From positions 1 through 64,000 of the forward strand of contig CAWBOS010000013.1 of NCBI GenBank assembly GCA_963790475.1: a DNA stretch of 64,000 bases, in the 5' to 3' direction. The position numbers were made by a program, and so were the translations under genes. This DNA is from an uncultured delta proteobacterium. Lineage in GTDB: Bacteria > Desulfobacterota > RBG-13-43-22. Every line of letters starts with the position of its first letter. The first letter of the stretch is position 1. Below the pieces are notes generated by a model. It made no database searches and was not told where the DNA came from. It worked only from the letters and a program-made list of their open reading frames with translations. This document shows, piece after piece, positions 39,667 through 48,924 of the stretch.

Positions 39667-40686
39667 ATGACGAGCCTATATAGTGATATACAGAAGGCAG
39701 ATATAACTTCAGATCATTTTAAGAGTCCCACCCCAACCCCACCCCGTTACTATCAGACGCGGTTACGATTCACCTCCCATCTTGAAGGAAGTTTAGAAGC
39801 GCTCGGAAAGATTTTGAAACGGTTGGCCGGAATGGACCTCCCGGGGAGAGATCAGGTAGCCGCCTATCTTCGCCACTTAACTCACGGCAATCGCCGACCG
39901 AGAACCCTGTACAGTCGGTTTGGCACCCTCGTTCTTTTTCTGGGACTGATACGGGACACCGGCAAAGGCTTTGAAGCCATTACCCGAAGTGATGTAGAGG
40001 CCTTTATCGAGCGAGAGCAGGACCGGGGGATTAAGATAACGACGATCAGGACCAGGCTGGTGAGTGTGCAGGCCTTTCTCCGCTATCTGGTGGAGGAAGG
40101 GATCGTTTCCGGGGATATATTCCGCAGTCGGAGGATACGGTTGCAGTTACCGGAGCGGCTGCCGCGGGCCATGGATCCTGACGATCTGCAGAAGCTGCTT
40201 TCCGTTATTCATGATATCCGTGACCGAGCTTTGATCCTGGTCTTGTTGCGGACTGGCCTGCGGATCGGCGAGTTGCTTCAGACCAAGATGACCGACGTCC
40301 ATCTCCAGGAGCGGAAGATAGAGATTTACGAAGGGGAGAAGAACCGCCTGGGGAGGGTGGTCTATCTCAGCGACGATGCAGTTATAGCCCTGCGGAAGTG
40401 GTTGAAGAAGAGGAATCCCGGAGAGGAGTACCTGTTCTATGGGAAGAACGTCGAGACTTTGTGTTACAGCACCGCCCGGATCATCTTTCTGCGATATATA
40501 TCCAAGGCGGGATTAGAGGGCAAGGGATATTCCCTGCATACCCTGCGTCACACCTTTGCCACGGAGTTGCTCAACGCCGGCATGCGTCTGGAGTGCCTTC
40601 AGGTCTTGCTGGGACACCGGAGCATCGAGGAGACGCGACGTTATGCCCGGCTGACCGATAAGACCCGGGAGGCAGGAGTATTTTAA
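39667..40686 (+). CDS. Tyrosine recombinase 1 (C-terminal tail apparently frameshifted)
   Basis: TGLRIGE, HTLRHTFAT and LLGHRS..TRRY; an EYFKAM tail is present in a shifted frame. Confidence 0.9.
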   Translation: MTSLYSDIQKADITSDHFKSPTPTPPRYYQTRLRFTSHLEGSLEALGKILKRLAGMDLPGRDQVAAYLRHLTHGNRRPRTLYSRFGTLVLFLGLIRDTGKGFEAITRSDVEAFIEREQDRGIKITTIRTRLVSVQAFLRYLVEEGIVSGDIFRSRRIRLQLPERLPRAMDPDDLQKLLSVIHDIRDRALILVLLRTGLRIGELLQTKMTDVHLQERKIEIYEGEKNRLGRVVYLSDDAVIALRKWLKKRNPGEEYLFYGKNVETLCYSTARIIFLRYISKAGLEGKGYSLHTLRHTFATELLNAGMRLECLQVLLGHRSIEETRRYARLTDKTREAGVF

Positions 40687-40718
40687 GGCCATGTCGAAGA
40701 TCGAGAGGAGGAAGAGTC

Positions 40719-41606
40719 ATGATCGATGCGATCCTGAACTGGCGGCGATTTTTGAAGCGAAGGAACTGTTCGCCCCATTGCCTGAAGAACTATCTGAACC
40801 TCATTAAACACTTTGTCATCTGGTTGGATGTGCCGGTGGAGGAGGTTACCTCTGCGGTCGTCTCCCGCTACATTGAGCATCTGATGAGGAAGAGACTGGC
40901 GCCCAAGACGGTCAACTGTCACTTAAACGGCATCCGCCAGTTCTACCATTATCTGCGGGACGAAGAAGGTCTGACCATCACCAATCCCATCAGGAAGCAT
41001 CACTTCCAGAAGATGTCCAGGCCCCTTCCCCGGCACCTGAGAGATGAACAGGTGGAGACCTTCTTCCAGGCCATCAAGGGGGCCCGCGACCGGGCCATGT
41101 TCATGCTTATGCTTAGATGCGGGTTACGGGTGGAAGAAGTCGCCCATCTCACCATAGGCGTCATCGACGTCAAGCGCAGGACCATCCTGGTGGAAGACGG
41201 CAAGGGTGGAAAAGACCGGGTCGTCTATATGAGTCATGATGCCCTTCAGGCCCTGACCGCCTATCTGAGGGTGAGGCCTCTATCCAGAGCCAGTAGGATC
41301 TTTCTGGCGGAAAAGGCTCCCTGTAAGGGACAGCCCATTTCCATTCGTGGCATTCAGAGGCGCATGGAATATTATGCCCGCCAAGCGAAGCTCAAGGTGT
41401 CCTGTCATCATCTTCGACACACCATGGCCACCCAGCTGCTCAACGCTGATGCCGATCTCTGCACCATCCAGGATCTCTTGGGTCATAGCAATGTGAAAAC
41501 CACGCAACGGTACTGCCGGATATCAAACCTGAAAGTGCAGAGAGACTACTTCAAGGCCATGGAGGTGATCAGGCTACAAACGGCTGGCAACCCAAATAAT
41601 CCTTGA
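40719..41606 (+). CDS. Tyrosine recombinase 2
   Basis: CGLRVEE, GKGGKDR, HHLRHTMAT and LLGHS..TTQRY. Confidence 0.92.
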   Translation: MIDAILNWRRFLKRRNCSPHCLKNYLNLIKHFVIWLDVPVEEVTSAVVSRYIEHLMRKRLAPKTVNCHLNGIRQFYHYLRDEEGLTITNPIRKHHFQKMSRPLPRHLRDEQVETFFQAIKGARDRAMFMLMLRCGLRVEEVAHLTIGVIDVKRRTILVEDGKGGKDRVVYMSHDALQALTAYLRVRPLSRASRIFLAEKAPCKGQPISIRGIQRRMEYYARQAKLKVSCHHLRHTMATQLLNADADLCTIQDLLGHSNVKTTQRYCRISNLKVQRDYFKAMEVIRLQTAGNPNNP

Positions 41607-41825
41607 CAAAAGAACTAAACTATGAAATTTTAAACAGTACCTAACCCATTAACTTCAATAAGAAAATCAGATTTTAGTACGTATAGCTTCCTGTAGTCTT
41701 GTAAGTTCCATTTGTGAAAAATCCAAAGACTTCAAATACAAATCAATTTGCAAGGTCCATTCCTGCAAAGTCCCTTTTTCTTCAGAAGCCCCCTCTGTAC
41801 CCTTTCCTTGGCCCCTTTTTTCGCC

Positions 41826-41958
41826 TTGACCGCGTTCTTTTTCTTGTTATAATCAGACCATCAAAAAGAAACTTTTATCATACGCTTGAGGCATATCATC
41901 CCTCCCTTTGTTGGATCATATACCTTATATTGACATGATATTTTGGGGCTGTTAAACC
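41826..41958 (+). promoter_or_regulatory. Two sigma70-type promoters facing the cassette (Pc-like)
   Basis: TTGACC-N16-TATAAT (41826-41853) and TTGACA-N17-TAAACC (41930-41958). Confidence 0.5.
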
Positions 41959-41975
41959 ATTTTTTTGAGGCATAG

Positions 41976-43634
41976 GAGTCTGTCGGACTTAAATGTTTTA
42001 TAGTCAAAATTTTATTTAAGAAGAGAAAAATCTCTTGGTTAAATCTAAGTTTTATGGTAGAATATAAAACTAATTCAATAAGTTAAATTAACATTTTTTA
42101 TAATTTTATGACCACACCAAGAGAGCCACATGAACCCTCCACGATTTAAGTGTTGTGACCGTGACACCCTATACCTTTTGCCTCCCTCTATCCACGATTG
42201 GCTTCCGGAAAATCATCTGGCCCGTTTTATTGTGGAGGTAGTAATCAAACTTGATTTAAGGCCTATTGAAAATGCGTACAATGGCCGGGGTTCCGATGCC
42301 TATTCTCCTGCTATGATGCTGGCCTTGCTTTTTTACGGTTATGCGACCGGGGTTTTCTCCAGCCGCAAACTGGAATTGGCCACCTATGAGTCGGTAGCTT
42401 TTCGTTATATTACCGCCAACCAGCATCCGGATCATGACACCATTGCTGGTTTCCGGAAACGTTTTTTGGAGGAATTAAAGCCGCTATTCACCCAAATCCT
42501 GATGATTGCCCAAACTATGGGTATAGTCAAGTTGGGCCAGGTGGCTTTAGACGGAACCAAAATCAAAGCCAATGCCTCCAAACATAAGGCCTTGAGTTGG
42601 GATCATGCCTGTAAACTGGAACAACAGATCCGGGCCGAGGTCGATGCGCTCTTACGTCAGGCCGAAGCAGCGGAACGAGAAGAGATTCCTGACGGGATGA
42701 ACATCCCGGAGGAATTGGGTCGAAGAGAAAAACGCCTTCAGACTATTGACCTGGCCAAGCAAGAGATCGAACGTCGCGCTGCGGAGCGTTATGCCAAAGA
42801 ACAAGAAATCTACGACCAGAAGAGGGCCGCCCGTAAAGCCAAAGAGCAAGAAAGTGGTAAAAAACCCAAGGGACGTAAACCTGAACCACCCGAGCCCGGT
42901 CCTAAAAAAAACGACCAAATGAATCTAACCGATGAAGACTCCCGGATTATGCCTGCTGCCGGAGGAACCTTTGAACAAGCTTACAACGCTCAAGCCGGCG
43001 TGGATCTGAATACCATGCTCATCGTAGAAAATCATGTCACTCAACAACCCAATGACAAGCAAGAAATTGAAAATACCTTGGGAAATCTGACTTCCTTACC
43101 AAACCAGTTAGGCACGGTTGACACATTAGTAGCCGACTCAGGCTATTTTAGCGAAACCAATCTGAATAAGTGTGAAGCCGAGCAGATCACCCCCTATATT
43201 GCTGTAAATCGTGAAGAACACAATATTCCCTTAGAAGAACGTTTTGCCCGGCCTGAACCTTTACCGGAAGATGCTGATGTGCTGACCCGAATGAAGCATC
43301 GGCTAAAAACACCCGAGGGCAAAAAGATATACGCCCAGCGGAAAAGCACGGTCGAACCGGTATTTGGCATCATCAAGGCCATCATGGGCTTTCGACAATT
43401 TTTCCTTCGAGGGTTAACAGCGGTCAGTGGTGAATGGAACTTAGTCTGCATGGCCTACAATTTAAAAAGAATGCATATCTTAGCCCATTAATAATAATGA
43501 CCGAGCAATTGCAAGGAAAAATTGTCGAAAAAAGCTTGATATCTTTATTGTTGAACTAAAAACCCCTTTGATCCTCTAAGAAAAAATCCGATCCCTTTTG
43601 TATAATAATTATGAGTTTCAAGACCGACAAACTC
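41976..43634 (+). mobile_element. IS1182-family insertion sequence
   Basis: IRs gagtctgtcgg/ccgacaaactc; catag duplicated at 41971-41975 and 43635-43639. Confidence 0.88.
42130..43491 (+). CDS. IS1182-family transposase
   Basis: LPENHLARF, FSSRKLE, LDGTKIKANA, ADSGY and VEPVFG.IK. Confidence 0.93.
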   Translation: MNPPRFKCCDRDTLYLLPPSIHDWLPENHLARFIVEVVIKLDLRPIENAYNGRGSDAYSPAMMLALLFYGYATGVFSSRKLELATYESVAFRYITANQHPDHDTIAGFRKRFLEELKPLFTQILMIAQTMGIVKLGQVALDGTKIKANASKHKALSWDHACKLEQQIRAEVDALLRQAEAAEREEIPDGMNIPEELGRREKRLQTIDLAKQEIERRAAERYAKEQEIYDQKRAARKAKEQESGKKPKGRKPEPPEPGPKKNDQMNLTDEDSRIMPAAGGTFEQAYNAQAGVDLNTMLIVENHVTQQPNDKQEIENTLGNLTSLPNQLGTVDTLVADSGYFSETNLNKCEAEQITPYIAVNREEHNIPLEERFARPEPLPEDADVLTRMKHRLKTPEGKKIYAQRKSTVEPVFGIIKAIMGFRQFFLRGLTAVSGEWNLVCMAYNLKRMHILAH

Positions 43635-43675
43635 CATAGCATCCAGGAATGAGTGAAAAAGGGATGCTATTTTTG

Positions 43676-45650
43676 GTAGAGTAGAGAGCTGGAACCTGAC
43701 TGGTGCCACTTTTGGTCTTTCCGATGCACGCATCTACTACGAGCTATAGTGGTCAGCCGGGGCCAGCCCTCCCTCATCAAACCGTGCATGCGGTTTTCCC
43801 GCACACGGCTTTCCGATGTCCTTCACCGCAGGGCATGCGCTTTGTCCAGCCCGCCGAAGTCGGCACCTTGTAGAGACCGTACTTCTCGTATAGCGCCCTT
43901 CGTTTGAACCTGAGATACCCCATCTTTCTATCTCTGACCTTGTGCCGCTTTCGCAGGTGTGTGATCAACCGCTCTTCCACATGCCCCCGTATCCGAGCCA
44001 GTGTGGTACTGCAATTGCGGTAATGAAAGTAGCCGACCCATCCCCGCACGGTGGCGTTAACTTCATTCACCACCCACTCGATAGGCATAATGGTTCGGGA
44101 TCGATCCGTAATTGCCGTCACTCGGTCTTTGATAGATTGTATGGCTTTCTTTGAAGGTTGGACGTGAGGGTAGTACTTCCCCGTTCTATTGCTCCGTCCC
44201 ATCCGGATCGTATATCCAAGGAAGTTGTAACTCCCTTTGTAGGCATTGACGGTCTTCGTCTTGGCCTCGTTCAGGGTAAGCCCCAGTTTCGCCAGTATCC
44301 GTCGCAGCATCTGCATCGGGCGTTCGGTTCCGCACCGGCAGAGGACAACAATATCGTCCGCATAGCGCACGATCCGTGCCCCGAGTTTCTTCTCCAACTG
44401 ATGCCGTTCCCATATCCTGTCCATTAGATGCAGGTACAGGTTCGCCAATATTGGTGAGATTACCCCCCCTTGCGGGGTGCCTTGACGGTTTTCCTTGCCA
44501 CCGCCGATGTTCTTTTTCTTTCCATCCTGGTCCACTTCCATGACCGGGGCTTTGAGCCACATCTTGATGATGCGCAATATCTCACCATCACTGATCCGCT
44601 CGGCAACTACAGCCAGGAGGTTGGCGTGGGGAATGGTATCGAAGTATTTGCTCAGATCGGCGTCGATGATCTCCGTGTACCCTCTATGCATGGCCGAGGC
44701 TACATCATCAACGGCGTCGTGGGCTGACTTCCTGGGCCTAAACCCGTATGAGCTGTCGCAAAAGTCTGCTTCAAAGATCGGTTCGATGACCAGCTTTACG
44801 GCCATCTGGGCTACCCGGTCCCGTATCGTCGGTATACCCAATGGCCTTTTGTCACCGTTGGCCTTGGGTATCATCACCCGCTTTACCGGGTCCGGTCGAT
44901 AAGTCTTGCTCTTCAGTGCTTCTTCCAACTCCGCCATAAAGGCGGTTATCCCTTCTTCCGTCTCGATAGCCTCAAAGGTAACTCCGTCTATTCCGGCGCT
45001 CCCTTTATTGGCCCGGACAAGACTGTAGGCATGACTGAGAATGTCCGCCCGGTACACCTTGTCATATAAGGCGTAGAAACGATAGGCTTTCTCCTGCTTG
45101 GCCTTCCGGTAGAGCTTCCTCTGTAGTGTCCTGATACTTTCCGGGGTTGTTAGCATCGCTGCAATCCCCTCTCCCTCCACTCTTCGGTTACTTGAACAAA
45201 GCAGGGTCCCTTCCCTCGGGCCGGGTTTTGTTGTCCCTTGCCCTCAAGCGGTACTATGAACCCCTCCGACTCCCGATACGGCCCAATACGATTTCGTCTC
45301 CTTATACGTATCGGTTGATGTTCCTCTTCCATCACCTCATCGGGTCTCCAGCACTGGACTGTTTATCTTCCACCGCATGCCGTCCTTGCTACCCCGGAAG
45401 ATCTCAAAGGCTGCTTCCGTTTTCCAAGCCCTTAACATCGGCCTTCCCCATATGTCCACTGGGTCGGCATCTTCACTTTATATTTACGAGGCTACCTATT
45501 GGTTCATTTCCATTACGGCCTGTGGCTTTGCCAATTGGGAACTTACGACCCCCGGTTACCCGAACGCCGCTCCCTTGATCTACCGGGGTGAACGGACAAC
45601 TCCCCGGACGGGACTTTAACCCGTAAGTGTAAACAGTTGTTACTGCGTAC
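43676..45650 (-). mobile_element. Group II intron (~1975 nt)
   Basis: 5' GTACGC; domain V aagccgtgtgcgggaaaaccgcatgcacggtttg; domain VI ending ctctactctac; internal RT ORF. Confidence 0.9.
43777..45156 (-). CDS. ltrA: Group II intron reverse transcriptase/maturase (no endonuclease domain)
   Basis: RPLGIPTIRDR, SYGFRP, GTPQGG.ISP and RYADD; maturase GWVGYF. Confidence 0.93.
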   Translation of the reverse strand: MLTTPESIRTLQRKLYRKAKQEKAYRFYALYDKVYRADILSHAYSLVRANKGSAGIDGVTFEAIETEEGITAFMAELEEALKSKTYRPDPVKRVMIPKANGDKRPLGIPTIRDRVAQMAVKLVIEPIFEADFCDSSYGFRPRKSAHDAVDDVASAMHRGYTEIIDADLSKYFDTIPHANLLAVVAERISDGEILRIIKMWLKAPVMEVDQDGKKKNIGGGKENRQGTPQGGVISPILANLYLHLMDRIWERHQLEKKLGARIVRYADDIVVLCRCGTERPMQMLRRILAKLGLTLNEAKTKTVNAYKGSYNFLGYTIRMGRSNRTGKYYPHVQPSKKAIQSIKDRVTAITDRSRTIMPIEWVVNEVNATVRGWVGYFHYRNCSTTLARIRGHVEERLITHLRKRHKVRDRKMGYLRFKRRALYEKYGLYKVPTSAGWTKRMPCGEGHRKAVCGKTACTV

Positions 45651-45652
45651 AG

Positions 45653-45671
45653 GCATAATATTATGTTGGGC
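45653..45671 (+). other. Putative integron attI simple site
   Basis: GCATAAT-attat-GTTGGGC (7-5-7 geometry); the core is the exact reverse complement of the attC inverse core GCCCAAC. Confidence 0.6.
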
Positions 45672-45691
45672 TCAAGGAGAATGACTGAAAA

Positions 45692-46558
45692 ATGACGGAA
45701 CATATGCCAACTCGAAACGAAGTACTCGATGCAATTCGTAGAGCTGGACAAGCTCTTGGTCAACCATTGTCACGCTCCAAGTTTCGTTCACACTCAGGAA
45801 TGACTGAATATCAAGTGCTGACGCACTTCCAAAGTTGGAGAGCAGCACTTAAAGCAGCCGGAATGCAATCTGATGATACAAACATACGTATTGATGATGT
45901 TGAACTACTTCAAGATTGGGGGGAGTTAGTCCGGAAGAATCGAGAAATACCAACAAGACATCAATACAGACGCGAAGGCAATTTCGGTGTTAATACCTTC
46001 GCAAGTCACTTTGGTCCATGGTCCTCGATTCCTGACTCTTTCCGAAGGTTCGCTATGGGCAAACCTGAATGGGCTGATGTTATTGCCCTCATGCCTCAGC
46101 CCCCGTCTCAACTACCAACTCCATCACAGCAAAACGAAATAGCACCCGAAATTAACGTATTTCCATCACTCCCGTCTGGCGTTCATCCTACCAAGTTAGA
46201 CAGTAGCCCAACCTATGGGAATCCAATTGACTTTCGGGGCATGAGGCATGAACCAATAAATGAAAACGGTGTAATTTTTCTTTTTGGTATGGTGGCAATG
46301 GAACTTGGATATTATGTTGAGGCTGTTCAAGCAGGTTTCCCAGACTGCGAAGCCAAGAGGCAGATTTCCGCCGGAAAATGGCAACGCGTCCGTATTGAAT
46401 TTGAATACGAAAGCCGCAATTTCAGAGATCACGGACATTCGCCCCAAGGCTGTGACCTTATCGTCTGTTGGCGTCACAATTGGTCTGATTCTCCACAAAC
46501 AATTGAGATCCTGGAACTTATGCAAGTGATCAAACAATTATCAAAATCTGATGACTGA
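45692..46558 (+). CDS. Gene cassette protein: two homing-endonuclease-associated-repeat-like units plus a PD-(D/E)XK-like nuclease domain
   Basis: Repeats ending HFQSW..ALKAAG and HFGPW; C-terminal FPDCEAKR..RIEFEYESRNF..HGH..CDLIVCW. Confidence 0.65.
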   Translation: MTEHMPTRNEVLDAIRRAGQALGQPLSRSKFRSHSGMTEYQVLTHFQSWRAALKAAGMQSDDTNIRIDDVELLQDWGELVRKNREIPTRHQYRREGNFGVNTFASHFGPWSSIPDSFRRFAMGKPEWADVIALMPQPPSQLPTPSQQNEIAPEINVFPSLPSGVHPTKLDSSPTYGNPIDFRGMRHEPINENGVIFLFGMVAMELGYYVEAVQAGFPDCEAKRQISAGKWQRVRIEFEYESRNFRDHGHSPQGCDLIVCWRHNWSDSPQTIEILELMQVIKQLSKSDD

Positions 46559-46563
46559 CATAA

Positions 46564-46620
46564 GCCCAACAAGCAAATCCACCGGACCCTCGTTCCTCGG
46601 GCCGGTGATTATTTCGTTAA
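46564..46620 (+). other. Integron attC site (~59 bp), cut at R' by IS1634
   Basis: R'' GCCCAAC just after the stop codon; imperfect palindrome aaatccaccggacc...gggccggtgattattt with extrahelical bases; R' GTT at 46616. Confidence 0.8.
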
Positions 46621-48603
46621 CCCATCTTCCGCAGTTAGAAAGCATGGAAGACGCGATATCAAATAGTTACGACAAGAATTAGGGCATTTTCTTCACTACA
46701 TTTTCAATAATTTTTGGTTTGTTGGGGAGCAGAATTTTCAATCTCTGAAGCAGCACTTTGAGTTCCTTTGAGGGAGTAGCCACCATTCTGAGCCGGAGGG
46801 TTCTCTCCCGCGCCGGTAGTAGCACATCCAAAGATTTCAATTCCCGCAACTCCTCCAACAGCTTTCTTGGGGCGGTACCGAGTCCCGAGGCTTTCATCCA
46901 TTGCTGGAGCGTTCGCCACATAGTCAGCGCCAAGAAGCAGACCAGGATATGAGCCTGGGTCCGTTCCTGTTTTTGATGGAAGATCGGTCGCATTCCCAGA
47001 TCATGTTTCTCGGTACGGAATGAATCTTCCACTTCCGTCAGTTGGATGTAGGTATTCCATAGGACTTTCGGGTCACTTTCGGTCCAGTTGGTGCGCAGGA
47101 TGTAGCTACCGCCGGTCTCCAAGGCCCACTGTTGCCGTTGTTCGTTCTTCTTGACTTCTAGGGAAAGCGGTGCGTCTTTTCCGGTACCGGTCTCTATGAC
47201 TGTAATATTGAACAACGAGGCCGCACGTTTATTTTGTTCCAGCAGTCGCCCTATTCTCCGCTCGACTTTCTGCTTGTCTCGGAGCTTGCCGGTTTCGGCC
47301 TGGCGGGCCAGGTGATCCAGTTGGCTTTCCAGTCGGGTCAAAAAGTGGTTTAGAATGGCGTTTTCTTTCTCCTTCCGGCCTTGAGACCGGCACAGGACAA
47401 AGATTTCATCCGTTCCTTCCGGCGAGCAACAGAGCTTGACCTCAACATCAGGTTGGACCGCTTCCCAGTTCTGTTCGAAAAGCTGCTGCTCAAACTTCTT
47501 CAGCATCACTTTTGGGGTGCCGACCAAATAGCGGGCACCGACTTTGCGCATAAACTCCAGATTCTCCTCACTCACCATGCCGCGATCCATAACCCAGATC
47601 CGGTTGGCTTGGCCGTATTTGGCCTCCATCATCTGAACCATCTCTTGGGTCGTCGTAACATCCGGTCGATTGCCGTCAAAAACCTCAAAGGCTATGGGAA
47701 AGCCCTCTCGGGTGGCCACCAGGCCGATGCAGACCTGGGGACAATCTGGACGACTGTCCCGGCTGTAACCCCTCTTGGCCTGGGCATTGCCCTTGGCGGT
47801 CCCCTCAAAATAGGTGGAGGTTATGTCATAAAACAAAAAATCAAAGCTACTGCCGAACAGTTCCCCATAACGCTCCTGAAGGTGACGGCTTAAGGCATCC
47901 TTGTGGGGAAGCAAGGCATCCAGGGCACGATAAAGCCGATCCTCATTGATCTTATAGTCGGCCACTCCCAGCAGATCGTCTAAGGCCGTCTGGCCATACC
48001 AAAACTCGGCCATCTGTAATTCCGACGATGGGGCGCAAAAGCGTCCAAGAACTAAAATAGACGCCATGATCGACCAAGGAATCTCTTCCCGGTTGGAAGG
48101 AATATGATCTCGGCAGAACCTGGCAAGCCCCAGTTTGTTCCACAAAAGCAACCCCAAATAGACATCGCCGAAGCCTCTGAGTCGCTCGACGCTTACGCCA
48201 TGGATATTGACCGTGGCCCAAGATGGGGGGTCTTCCCCCTGCTCAAACAGTTCAGGTCCAGGTAGAGGCTTTCCGGAAAGAATCCGTCCGATCTCCTCCC
48301 AACCTATCCGCTCTTCCCGATCAAGGCCAGGAAGTTTCCCTATCGTCGCCACTACTCGCTGACGGGGCCCTCGGGCAGTACGGACCGACTCAACTAAAAG
48401 CCAGCTCTCGTACTCCGCTCCACCTTTCTTTTTGGTCGCACGCCGGAGATACATAACCCCATTATCTCCGTTCCCACAGCACCTGGCAAGGGGGTGGTCT
48501 TCACTACATCCAATTTTCAAAGATCAGGACTTGAAATCATTTAACAATTCCTAACAATTCATCACGTTTTTCTTGATTTTTTCTCCAAACTGCGGAAGAT
48601 GGG
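46621..48603 (-). mobile_element. IS1634-family insertion sequence, copy 2 (1983 bp)
   Basis: Near-identical to copy 1; TTAA on both flanks. Confidence 0.92.
46679..48454 (-). CDS. IS1634-family DDE transposase
   Basis: Protein identical to copy 1 in the ORF track. Confidence 0.92.
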   Translation of the reverse strand: MYLRRATKKKGGAEYESWLLVESVRTARGPRQRVVATIGKLPGLDREERIGWEEIGRILSGKPLPGPELFEQGEDPPSWATVNIHGVSVERLRGFGDVYLGLLLWNKLGLARFCRDHIPSNREEIPWSIMASILVLGRFCAPSSELQMAEFWYGQTALDDLLGVADYKINEDRLYRALDALLPHKDALSRHLQERYGELFGSSFDFLFYDITSTYFEGTAKGNAQAKRGYSRDSRPDCPQVCIGLVATREGFPIAFEVFDGNRPDVTTTQEMVQMMEAKYGQANRIWVMDRGMVSEENLEFMRKVGARYLVGTPKVMLKKFEQQLFEQNWEAVQPDVEVKLCCSPEGTDEIFVLCRSQGRKEKENAILNHFLTRLESQLDHLARQAETGKLRDKQKVERRIGRLLEQNKRAASLFNITVIETGTGKDAPLSLEVKKNEQRQQWALETGGSYILRTNWTESDPKVLWNTYIQLTEVEDSFRTEKHDLGMRPIFHQKQERTQAHILVCFLALTMWRTLQQWMKASGLGTAPRKLLEELRELKSLDVLLPARERTLRLRMVATPSKELKVLLQRLKILLPNKPKIIENVVKKMP

Positions 48604-48924
48604 TTAATCACTCTTTCAAACGGAAATCATCAAATTTTTGTGTTTGATGGCCTCCAAATTAGTAGGTGGAAGTTCTGATAGAATTACGACATCGATATAT
48701 TTTCTTCCCATTGCCCATTCTCATCTTTCCGGGCGAGCCAAAGCTTGAAAAAGGCCCGATATTCGGGCCTTTTTCTTCAATATCACTGCCCTTGACTTTG
48801 CCATTTTCTTCCTTGACCCTATTTCTTCATTACCTTATACTCGGTTTATCCTGATAACTTCTGATCAATAAAGAGTTTTTCACTATTAAGGGAATTTATC
48901 CGGGCTCGCGGAGGTAATGTTATT

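Larger units (their letters stand above)
39577..41686 (+). mobile_element. 2.1-kb element with two tandem tyrosine recombinases, terminal IRs and a 7-bp direct repeat
   Basis: Ends ctatacgtac/gtacgtatag; cttcctg at 39570-39576 and 41687-41693. Confidence 0.8.

Noticed and set aside
39667-41606. Chromosomal xerC/xerD or integron integrase
   Set aside because: The genes are enclosed by their own IRs and direct repeat, and no IntI-specific insertion is apparent before the HxLRH motif.
43777-45156. Retron, DGR or defence reverse transcriptase
   Set aside because: Clear group II intron domains V/VI, 5' end and maturase region; no VTG motif and no TR/VR pair seen.
45645-45671. dif-like site (gcataa..ttatgtt)
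   Set aside because: The arms are separated by 2 bp rather than the 6 bp of dif; attI geometry and complementarity with the attC inverse core fit better.
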